A stretch of DNA of 46,418 nucleotides from Myxococcota bacterium (GTDB lineage: Bacteria; Myxococcota; UBA4151). The stretch is taken from NCBI GenBank assembly GCA_036338695.1, contig JAYZBQ010000056.1:1-46418 (forward strand). Reading direction: 5' to 3'. The position numbers and the translations under genes were made by a program. Below, one piece after another: positions 8,473-16,467 of the stretch. Each line of letters starts with the position of its first letter. Positions within the stretch are counted from its first letter, which is position 1. The notes below the pieces were generated by a model. That model was not told the origin of the DNA and did not search any database. It saw only the letters and a program-made list of their open reading frames with translations.

Positions 8473-11400
8473 TCGCTCACCGCATCTTGTGAAAGTTTGA
8501 AAAGCTCGGCGAGCTGATCGGTGTCGAGTTCGGTCAGCCACCCCTCGCCCGTGCCAATGATCGCGTTGGCGAGCGCTTTTTTCTGTTCGATCATCTTATC
8601 GATCCGCTCCTCGAGCGTCCCGACGCAGACGAACTTGCGCACCTGGACCGTGCGCTTTTGACCGATGCGATACGCTCGATCCGAGGCTTGGTCTTCAACG
8701 GCAGGGTTCCACCAGCGATCGTAGTGGATGATCTGGTTCGCCTTGGTCAGGTTCAAGCCGACCCCGCCCGCCTTGAGGCTGAGCACAAAGATGCGCGGTC
8801 CGTCCTCACTCTGGAAGTGCTGGACCATCTTGTCTCGCTCTTTTTTGGGCGTCCCACCGTGTAAGAACGCCACCGGCGTATCGAAGGTCTTCTCGAGGTG
8901 CTTGGCGAGCATCCCGCCCCAGCTCGAGAACTGGGTAAAGATCAAGCAGGCGTCGTCCCCCTCCATCATCACCTCGAGCAGGTCATCAAGACGCGCCAGC
9001 TTACCGCTGCGCCGCCCCAGCGCCTTCTTGTCTTTGGTGAGCAGCGTCGGGTGATTGCAGACCTGCTTGAGCTTCATGAGCGTCGTCAGGATCAAGCCTT
9101 TACGCGCAATGCCAGCGGCCGAGTTGATCTGCTTCATCATGTCGTCCACGACGGCTTGATAGAGGCTCGCCTGATCCTTGGTCAGGTTGCAGTAGAGGTT
9201 CGCCTCCATCTTCTCAGGGAGCTCTTTGATGATGCTCCGATCGCTCTTTAGACGCCTCAGAATAAACGGACCCGTGAGCTGACGCAGCATCTCCGAGGCG
9301 TCACGGTCACCGTGCCGCTCGATGGGCGTTGCGAAGCGCCCCTTGTAGTCGCGCTGCGAGCCGAGCAGGCCTGGATTGAGGAAGTGCATAATCGACCACA
9401 GCTCGGTGAGGTGGTTCTCAACGGGCGTACCGGTCAGCGCCACGCGCTGGTCGCTCTCAATGCTACGGACCGCTTGTGTCTGGCGAGCGCTCGGATTCTT
9501 GATGTTCTGCGCCTCGTCCAACACGATCCGGCGCCACTCGACGTCCGCCAAGGTGTCACGGTCCCTGAGCGCAAGCCCGTAGGTCGTCAGCACCAGGTCG
9601 TAGTCGCCCATCGACTCGATAAAATCTTGCCCCTGCATCCGCTCGCTGCCGTGATGAACCAGCACGCGAATGTCCGGCGTAAAGCGCTCAGCCTCACGCT
9701 GCCAGTTGCCCACCAGCGACATGGGGCAGATCAACAACGTCGGCGCCGGCCGCTCGACTCCCTCGTCGAGGTGCGCCTGAATGTCCATGGCAGCCAGCGC
9801 CAGGAGCTGAACCGTCTTCCCAAGCCCCATATCATCAGCCAGGCACGCGCCCACGCCGAGCCGCCCTAAAAAGTGCAACCAGCTCAAGCCGCGCTTTTGA
9901 TAGTCGCGCAGCTGCCCCACAAAGTTCGGGGGCTCGTCGACCTCCTCGAAGGAGGCGGAGTCGCCAGCGAGCTTGCTGAGCATGCCCTCAAGGTTGAATT
10001 CGACCAACGGCAGCGGAACCTTCTCCTGAAGCAACCCCTTGCGCAGGACGTCGGTGACCCCGAGCTCGCCCTCGGCACCCTTCTTTTTGAAGAAGGCTAC
10101 CGCCTCTTGAACTTCGTCTTGCTTGAGCTCGATCCACTTGCCGCCGACGTTGACGAGCGGCTGCTTCTCCTGCGCCATGCGGAACAGATCTTTGGGGTTC
10201 AAGCGCACGTCACCGAGCGCCACCTGCCACTGAAAGCGAACCAAGGAATCCTTGTCGAGCGCGCCGCCGAGCCCCCCTCGAAACGACTTCCCCTTCGCCT
10301 TAGCGGCTCCGGGTGTAGGCTGCGCACCGCCCGCTTCGCCGGGGTTATCGTTTGCGACCAAAGCGAGCCCCACGCTCTCCTGGCGCTGCGCCCACCACGG
10401 CGGCAGATGCACCATCATGCCCAGCTCGCTGAGTCGGGGCGCTGTCTCCTTCATGAACCGGTGCGCCTGGCGGGTCGTGAGGTCAAGCTGCGTGACGCGA
10501 GCACGCTTCATCGCCACCGCGAGCTCCGGACAGACCTCCACCGCTCGATCAAGCCCCAACCGAAGAACCCCCGCCGGATCATCGATGCCAAGGTCTCGGG
10601 CGAAGGCTTTGTTCTTTCGATTGTTCCAGATCCGGGTCGCCGCCACCAGCTCCTCAGGGTCGTCGTCGGCCTGCAGCGCCAGCTCCACGCGCCAGGTGCT
10701 CTCCTTGGCGCTGTTGCGATCGACCTCGTGCCCTTCATCGTCCTCAAAAGCCATGGCGTACTCGGGCGGCTGAACCACGAAGGCAACCCGGAAGAGACGA
10801 CCTGGATTCGCCGCCAAGCGGTACCAGTCATCGAGCTCCGAGCGAAACTGGAGCGCCTCCTCGGGCACGGACGGCATCGGACGGCTTGCGCCGCTCAACG
10901 AGGTCATCCAGGCGGGGAAACACGCGTTGGCGCCTTTGGGGACGCCGGTACGCGGCAGGAGGTCCATCTTGGCGAGCGCCAACCGAACGGCGCCGTGAAC
11001 GGTCGTGTTGAGAAAGTCCATGGCGCTCGCCAGCGCGGAAGGGCGCTCTCCGCCAGCATCTCGCTCGGCGAACGCCACCGCCGGCAGATGAGAGGCGACG
11101 GTCTTTAGGCGCCCCTCAAAATCGTTCGATGCGCCCAGGAAGGGGCGCCACTCGCCGCGCAGCGGGGTGTCGCCCTGCCCCTCCTGAGCGGTCGGTAAAA
11201 CCGTCCCGCGCGCGAGCGCCTCGGCACCCAGCCGAGCTAAGGCAACCAGCGCAAGAAAACTCGCACCGTGCCGCAGGTTGGGCGGGAGCTCGACGTCGGC
11301 TAGGCACAGGAGCTGAGCGAGCGCAGAGTCCGCCTCGATCACCTGCACGGGGACCCGCCAAGGCTGGAGTCGGGCCGAAGCGCCGTTGACCGGTGCGCCG

Positions 11401-11666
11401 AAGTCTTGGTCCTTCAAACCCGGGCTCGCCAAAGGGGCACCCGGGACGCTGGGCAGCTCCATCACCACGGCGCCGGGGTCGAAGCGGTAGCCTTTACCCC
11501 CGAACAGACGCGAAGGAAACTTGAGGCCCTTGGGCGCCAGGGCGAACGGGTGCACAGCCACCTGTCCCGGGGTACCGGATTGCTCGAGCGCACTGGGCAG
11601 GTCGGTGTCTTCGCACCAAAGCGCCAACTGCTTCTCCTTGCTCCACAGCGCGTGCAGAACGAGCAC
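8469..11666 (-). CDS. SNF2/SWI2-family helicase (ATPase), with a DUF3670-like region before the motor domain
   Basis: LRDYQ, LADDMGLGKT, LDEAQNIKN, LTGTPVEN, SLKAGGVGLNL and QASDRAYRIGQ motifs; AGGAGG SD before the GTG. Confidence 0.93.
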   Translation of the reverse strand: MLVLHALWSKEKQLALWCEDTDLPSALEQSGTPGQVAVHPFALAPKGLKFPSRLFGGKGYRFDPGAVVMELPSVPGAPLASPGLKDQDFGAPVNGASARLQPWRVPVQVIEADSALAQLLCLADVELPPNLRHGASFLALVALARLGAEALARGTVLPTAQEGQGDTPLRGEWRPFLGASNDFEGRLKTVASHLPAVAFAERDAGGERPSALASAMDFLNTTVHGAVRLALAKMDLLPRTGVPKGANACFPAWMTSLSGASRPMPSVPEEALQFRSELDDWYRLAANPGRLFRVAFVVQPPEYAMAFEDDEGHEVDRNSAKESTWRVELALQADDDPEELVAATRIWNNRKNKAFARDLGIDDPAGVLRLGLDRAVEVCPELAVAMKRARVTQLDLTTRQAHRFMKETAPRLSELGMMVHLPPWWAQRQESVGLALVANDNPGEAGGAQPTPGAAKAKGKSFRGGLGGALDKDSLVRFQWQVALGDVRLNPKDLFRMAQEKQPLVNVGGKWIELKQDEVQEAVAFFKKKGAEGELGVTDVLRKGLLQEKVPLPLVEFNLEGMLSKLAGDSASFEEVDEPPNFVGQLRDYQKRGLSWLHFLGRLGVGACLADDMGLGKTVQLLALAAMDIQAHLDEGVERPAPTLLICPMSLVGNWQREAERFTPDIRVLVHHGSERMQGQDFIESMGDYDLVLTTYGLALRDRDTLADVEWRRIVLDEAQNIKNPSARQTQAVRSIESDQRVALTGTPVENHLTELWSIMHFLNPGLLGSQRDYKGRFATPIERHGDRDASEMLRQLTGPFILRRLKSDRSIIKELPEKMEANLYCNLTKDQASLYQAVVDDMMKQINSAAGIARKGLILTTLMKLKQVCNHPTLLTKDKKALGRRSGKLARLDDLLEVMMEGDDACLIFTQFSSWGGMLAKHLEKTFDTPVAFLHGGTPKKERDKMVQHFQSEDGPRIFVLSLKAGGVGLNLTKANQIIHYDRWWNPAVEDQASDRAYRIGQKRTVQVRKFVCVGTLEERIDKMIEQKKALANAIIGTGEGWLTELDTDQLAELFKLSQDAVSE

Positions 11667-11780
11667 GGGACCTCCTACGGTGGCGGTTTGACGAACACCA
11701 CCCTAGACAGTTCTTAGCATAGCTCGTTGGCTTTCAAAGGCTTAACTCGTATTTTCTCGAGCGCGCCCGATGATGAGACC

Positions 11781-11809
11781 TTGCAGCCGCATTTCTTCGC
11801 CACTACTGT
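11781..11809 (+). promoter_or_regulatory. Putative sigma-70 promoter giving a leaderless transcript of 11816..13084
   Basis: TTGCAG-N17-TACTGT-N6-ATG, with no SD. Confidence 0.45.
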
Positions 11810-11815
11810 CCTGTC

Positions 11816-13084
11816 ATGAACACTCCACGCTACCTCCTCATTGCGCTCACTTTGGTCCTGCCGGCGGGTGCGCTCGCCGCCGATGCGGTGGACGCAGGTG
11901 CCGCCGCCAAAGAGGCGCCAGTATCCCTTGAGCTCGCCGCCATGCCGCTGCGGTCGAGCTCCGACAAGGTGGACGCCAAGCTGGTGAGCGTGCTCAGCGA
12001 GCTGGTGCTTGCGCAGATCTCAGAAGACGGTCGCTTTACTCGGTTGATCAGCGGCAGCGACCTCGCCGAGCTCATCAACCTTGAGCAGCAGAAGCAGGCG
12101 CTCGGCTGCGAAGAGTCCTCATGCATGACCGAGCTCGCCAAAGCGCTCGAGGTCCCCTACTTACTCGTCGGCGAGATCGGCTTGATCGGTCAGCAGACCG
12201 TGTTCAACCTCAAGATCCTCGACGTCAAAAACGCCAAAGTCGTCGCTCGAGAAGGCGGCGTCGCTGAGACGACGGATCAGGCGCCCAAGCTCGCTAAGGA
12301 CATCACCGCGAAGACTCTGGCGACCTTCTTCGCCTCGGTCAGCCCGGACGCCGTCAAACGCGCTCAAGAGCGCGCCGCGGACGCTCAGGACATCGCCGTC
12401 CTCGACCTCGAGGCGGTCCACGGTGTGAAACCATCCATGGCGGAGGTGCTCTCGGATATCCTGCTGTCTCGGCTCACCGAGTCACGACGCTTCAAGTCCA
12501 TCGTCACAGGCGAAGACCTGCGTGACATGATCAGCCTCGAGGAGCAGAAGCAAGCGATCGGATGCGACGATGAGAGCTGCATGACGGCGCTCGGCGGTGC
12601 GCTGGGCGTCCCGCTGATGGCGGTCCCGAGCATCGGGCGAATCGGTGATCAGTTCATCCTCAACTTCAAAGTCATCAACGTCGACGACGCCAAGGTCTTA
12701 GTCCGAAAAACGGTGTCGGTGCGCAAAGAGGTCGACCTGCCGCGTGGGGTCCTGACGCTCACGGAGGATGCGCTCAAGGCGCTGTTTGGCGAGGACGCCA
12801 CGATGACGGCGCAGCAGCTTGAGCGCCGCTTCACGCGCCGCATCATGCGCCGCTCAGCTCTTGTACTTGGCGTCAGCGCCATCGGCTCCTTTAGCTGGTC
12901 GCTTGTGGACCTCGGTGGCGCGCAGGCGGCTCATGATGACCCGATCAGCGGGCTGACCACGACCACCTACGACAACCACAAAGCGGCGCAAGGCGTGGCG
13001 GTGGTGACGCGCTGGTCAGCGATCGGCGGTGCGGCGCTTGCCACCGCTTTGTGGGCTTTGGCGCCCGCGATCGATGCGCCGTAG
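11816..13084 (+). CDS. Secreted or membrane protein with two tandem TolB-N/CsgG-like alpha/beta domains and C-terminal hydrophobic helices
   Basis: Signal peptide (..GALA); internal repeat LEQQKQALGCEESSCMTELAKAL / LEEQKQAIGCDDESCMTALGGAL; hydrophobic C-terminus. The fold call is inference. Confidence 0.7.
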   Translation: MNTPRYLLIALTLVLPAGALAADAVDAGAAAKEAPVSLELAAMPLRSSSDKVDAKLVSVLSELVLAQISEDGRFTRLISGSDLAELINLEQQKQALGCEESSCMTELAKALEVPYLLVGEIGLIGQQTVFNLKILDVKNAKVVAREGGVAETTDQAPKLAKDITAKTLATFFASVSPDAVKRAQERAADAQDIAVLDLEAVHGVKPSMAEVLSDILLSRLTESRRFKSIVTGEDLRDMISLEEQKQAIGCDDESCMTALGGALGVPLMAVPSIGRIGDQFILNFKVINVDDAKVLVRKTVSVRKEVDLPRGVLTLTEDALKALFGEDATMTAQQLERRFTRRIMRRSALVLGVSAIGSFSWSLVDLGGAQAAHDDPISGLTTTTYDNHKAAQGVAVVTRWSAIGGAALATALWALAPAIDAP

Positions 13085-13086
13085 GC

Positions 13087-13875
13087 TCAGAAGACGAGGT
13101 CGATCACCGGCATGAAGTCGTTCGAACGACGCCCCCGGAGTGCGTGGCTAAATGAGTTGAGCCAAGCGACGCCGAGGTGAATTCGGTTACTGCGACCGTC
13201 AGCGCCTCGCCAGAGCCCGACATCAAACACCTGTCGGCCGAGGATCATCATCGGGTTCTCGGCGTTCCCTGTGGCGTAGAGATCGAGGCTGCTGCGCGAC
13301 CTCAAAACGCGCAGGAGCGCCCGGTCGTAGGTGATCCCGAGGCGCGCTCTGTAGCCGTCGGTGGCGGGCGAGAACAAGAGGTCGAGCCAGCCCTCACCCG
13401 GGCTCTCGACCGATCGCTCCGGCTGATTAAACGCCACCCCCAGCGTCACGTCGGTGCGCAGCGTGACCAGCTGCTCCTCGCCGCCGCGCGACCACACCAT
13501 GCCGGCACGCGGGACGACCATCCACGGGATCGTCACGTCGGTCGGAAAGAGCGTCCCAGCGGCATCGCCTTGCACCATCCTTAGCGCATAGGTCGGCACG
13601 CTCGCACCCCACTCCACACTCAGCGCACCCCCCGCCATCTCTCCGTGCGCAAAACGCAAAGCAAAGTTCGGGCTCACCAGCGCAGTGACTGGATGCAATC
13701 GCAGCTCAAGATCCTCGCGCAGGCCGATTCGGGTCGGCCCGATCAGCCCGGTCTCCCACTGCCCCACTTTGAGCAACGTGGCGGTACCGACGGGGTTGAT
13801 CAGCTGCGGGTCGCTCGCTTGCGCGTCAGTGGTTAAGGCGAGCGACGCCAGGATCGTCCAGGCGCGCGCGCTCAT
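13087..13875 (-). CDS. Putative outer-membrane beta-barrel protein
   Basis: Signal peptide MSARAWTILASLALTTDAQA; amphipathic beta-strand pattern; C-terminal Phe (PVIDLVF); ATGA overlap with the EEP gene. Confidence 0.6.
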   Translation of the reverse strand: MSARAWTILASLALTTDAQASDPQLINPVGTATLLKVGQWETGLIGPTRIGLREDLELRLHPVTALVSPNFALRFAHGEMAGGALSVEWGASVPTYALRMVQGDAAGTLFPTDVTIPWMVVPRAGMVWSRGGEEQLVTLRTDVTLGVAFNQPERSVESPGEGWLDLLFSPATDGYRARLGITYDRALLRVLRSRSSLDLYATGNAENPMMILGRQVFDVGLWRGADGRSNRIHLGVAWLNSFSHALRGRRSNDFMPVIDLVF

Positions 13876-15011
13876 GGCAGGCTCCACTTGACCATCACCG
13901 GCGCGTGGTCGCTCAAGAGCATCGGGTCCGCCTCAATGCCCTGCCCTGACGCCGTGAACGCAGCCCCATGCCCAGGACGCTGCAGCACCTCACCGGCCTC
14001 TCCGACAAAGCCGGTGTTCGTAAACAGGTAGTCGAGGGTTCGGTTCCAAAAATGGCTGCGGCCTTGGGCATCGACCGGGGGCGCCACGGTGTGCGTGTAC
14101 CACCTCGACTGCCCCTCTTCATCGGCGGCCTCATAGGTCTCAAGCGGCATGTGCGCAGCGTACCGATCAAAGAAGGGCTGCATGGCGTCGAGTTTATACG
14201 GTGCGCCCTGGAAATCGGTGTCATCGGGGACCGGCTCCTCGTCGTCAAACCCCTCGGAACGAATCGTTCCCGGCGGAATCGCGTTAAAGTCACCGCCCAC
14301 CAGCAGCTCTCGCCCCTCGTCATCGAGACGGTCAACCAGCTGCTTTATCTGCTCGAGGTGGCGCCCGTTGGTGCCGTCGTTGTCGTAGGCGGCGGTGTGG
14401 ACGTTGACGACATCGACCAGGCGCTCTGCCCCGAGATCGAGCCGCGCATGGACGATCCCTCGATGCAGATAAAAGGCTTTGGTCAACGCGTCCTGGTCGG
14501 TTCGATCCGCCTGCGCGATCCGCACGGCTTCAGCGATCGGATATTTACTCAAGACCGCGAGCCCACTGTCCACGCGACCGAGCCCCTGTGTTGCGACAAA
14601 GCGAGCCTGCCATGCGGGGATGTAGGCGGCGTAGTTGAGCGGGGTCTCGTCGAGGACCATCTGCACCATGTTTCGATAGGCTGTGCGCTTCGAGTTGCGC
14701 TCGATCTCTTGAGCGAGCAGGACGTCCGGATCGACCTCGTTGATCAGATCGATCAGCCCTCGGATGTTGGCGTCCGCCTCAGCCTCCGTCATGAGGGCGC
14801 GATCCCCCCAATAGTCGAACCAGAAGTTGATTCGCCCCCCACCATATTTGAGGTTCCAGCTCATCACCTCGAGCGTCGAGGGAGACGCTTGGGGTGTCTC
14901 GATGACCGCCGCCGCCATCAGGAAGGCGGGGTCCTCGCCTTCCCAGCTTGTGTAGAGCGGCTCACAAGCGGTGCTCATCAGCGCCAGAGCGCATAGCGCC
15001 AGCCGATGCAT
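13872..15011 (-). CDS. Endonuclease/exonuclease/phosphatase (EEP) family lipoprotein
   Basis: Start MHRLALCALALMSTA-C (lipobox; AGGGAG SD); motifs SWNL, LAQEI, NVHT, GGDFN, LDYLF, SDHAPV. Confidence 0.88.
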   Translation of the reverse strand: MHRLALCALALMSTACEPLYTSWEGEDPAFLMAAAVIETPQASPSTLEVMSWNLKYGGGRINFWFDYWGDRALMTEAEADANIRGLIDLINEVDPDVLLAQEIERNSKRTAYRNMVQMVLDETPLNYAAYIPAWQARFVATQGLGRVDSGLAVLSKYPIAEAVRIAQADRTDQDALTKAFYLHRGIVHARLDLGAERLVDVVNVHTAAYDNDGTNGRHLEQIKQLVDRLDDEGRELLVGGDFNAIPPGTIRSEGFDDEEPVPDDTDFQGAPYKLDAMQPFFDRYAAHMPLETYEAADEEGQSRWYTHTVAPPVDAQGRSHFWNRTLDYLFTNTGFVGEAGEVLQRPGHGAAFTASGQGIEADPMLLSDHAPVMVKWSLP

Positions 15012-15080
15012 AGCGTACTCCCTTGCCGCGTCACGCGACATAGGCGAACATCGAACGAACGCAGGCGCACTGTAAAGGGG

Positions 15081-15710
15081 GTGAGCGTATTGAGCGAAGC
15101 ATCCGCCAGGCAGCTCAACCTGATCGCCCGCCCTCGGATCCTCGTGACGGGATTCGACGTCTTTCCTGGGGTGCCCGACAACCCGAGCGCGCGCTTGGCG
15201 CGGTCTCTGCCTCGCCGGATCATGGGGCTCAAGGTGCACCGGCGCGTCCTGCCGGTCAGCTGGGCTCGGTCGACACCGATGCTCGCTCGCGCCGTGGATC
15301 GCGTCGTGCCGCACTTTGTGTTGATGCTCGGGGTTGCGCAGCAAGAGGCGACGGGGCGCCTCGAGACCCAAGCGCTCAATCGCCTGGACGGTCGCCCTGA
15401 CGGTGACGGCGAGCTCTTATTACCCGGACCGATTGCGCCGACACGCGGGATGGACCACGCCCTGCGATGCCATTGGCCGATCGATCAGATCGTGCGCACC
15501 CTGCACGTCAAAGGGCACCACATCGAGCGCTCAGATGACGCCGGGCGCTACCTCTGTAACCACACGTACTACAACGCCTTCGACGTCCCTGCGAGCGCTG
15601 GCGTCGGGTTTCTTCACATTCGCTCCGGCGCGTATCAGGGGGTCAACGACCCCCGTCGGCGCCTGTTGCTGGACGTGATCCGTGCGCTGGATCTGTGGCT
15701 TCGGACTTGA
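15081..15710 (+). CDS. pcp: Pyroglutamyl-peptidase I (C15)
   Basis: ILVTGFDVF..NPS, RLE, SDDAGRYLCNH and GFLHI motifs; start uncertain (GTG 15081 or TTG 15090). Confidence 0.82.
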   Translation: MSVLSEASARQLNLIARPRILVTGFDVFPGVPDNPSARLARSLPRRIMGLKVHRRVLPVSWARSTPMLARAVDRVVPHFVLMLGVAQQEATGRLETQALNRLDGRPDGDGELLLPGPIAPTRGMDHALRCHWPIDQIVRTLHVKGHHIERSDDAGRYLCNHTYYNAFDVPASAGVGFLHIRSGAYQGVNDPRRRLLLDVIRALDLWLRT

Positions 15711-16467
15711 GCAAGCGCGCCGCCAGTCTTGAGCCGCCGACGACGATCCCTGGGTACGAGCCAGGGATGATAATCCAGAGGCTCGCCAGGGCTCCGAACG
15801 CCACGACAGGCGGCAGGTGCCGGCGCACCAGCCCGAGCCGAGCACCCAAGCCGTAACCCGCTCGAGTTAGGCTGGGGTCGAGCGCGTCCAGCGCCACGCA
15901 CAGCGCACTCCAGAGCCACCCCATCGCCACGAAGAAGACGCCGACGCCCGGCAACAAGCCGAGCACCATAAAGACCAGCGAGCCCACCAGCCATAAGGCC
16001 ATCACCACGCTCACGCAGAAGGCGGAATTCCCCAACCCCAGGCTACGCCCCTCCACCGTCCAGCCGTCGTGACGCTCGACGGCGAGCGCCAGACGGTCAA
16101 GCAGCGGCAAACTCAGCAGAAATCCGACCTGGTAACCCACCGCGACGCTCAGCGTAAGCCCCACGGGCCATGCGATCAGCGCCACCGCGGCGCGACGCCA
16201 CCACCCCTCGCTCATGAAGAGTCCGAAGGCGGGGTCGACGAGCCCAGCCACCGCGTCTACCCCGTAGACGAACCCGATCGTCAGCCCGCCGATCACCATC
16301 ACAACAGAGATCAAAAAGGGGAGCACGGAGCGCACCGCAATGGCTCGGCTCATGGTGAAGGCAAGCACTGGAGCAGCAGCCCCCGAAGTGACTCCGATCG
16401 CCCACGGTGACAGTTGCTCAATGCGGCGGCCGCTGGCAGTTTCAGGCGCAGGCGGGGATGAGTTCAT
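15643..16467 (-). CDS. EI24/CysZ-like membrane protein
   Basis: Several TM helices; LSLPLLDRLALAVE and LDALDPSLTR patterns resemble CysZ/EI24. Confidence 0.7.
   Translation of the reverse strand: MNSSPPAPETASGRRIEQLSPWAIGVTSGAAAPVLAFTMSRAIAVRSVLPFLISVVMVIGGLTIGFVYGVDAVAGLVDPAFGLFMSEGWWRRAAVALIAWPVGLTLSVAVGYQVGFLLSLPLLDRLALAVERHDGWTVEGRSLGLGNSAFCVSVVMALWLVGSLVFMVLGLLPGVGVFFVAMGWLWSALCVALDALDPSLTRAGYGLGARLGLVRRHLPPVVAFGALASLWIIIPGSYPGIVVGGSRLAARLLKSEATDPAHGSRPATGADGGR

Noticed and set aside
9873..11108. 411-aa plus-strand ORF, and similar ones at 13968..14996, 24062..24964, 25815..26825 and 40987..41883
   Set aside because: Antisense to well-supported genes; typical high-GC shadow ORFs
15012..15371. 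ORF-track N-terminal extension of the EEP gene (499 aa) and the pcp start at 15006
   Set aside because: The extension overlaps pcp antisense; lipobox and SD support ATG 15011, and pcp homology begins near 15135
16340..16465. N-terminal extension of speA (673-aa version)
   Set aside because: Overlaps the EI24-like gene; SpeA-like sequence begins at MVSWS (16466)
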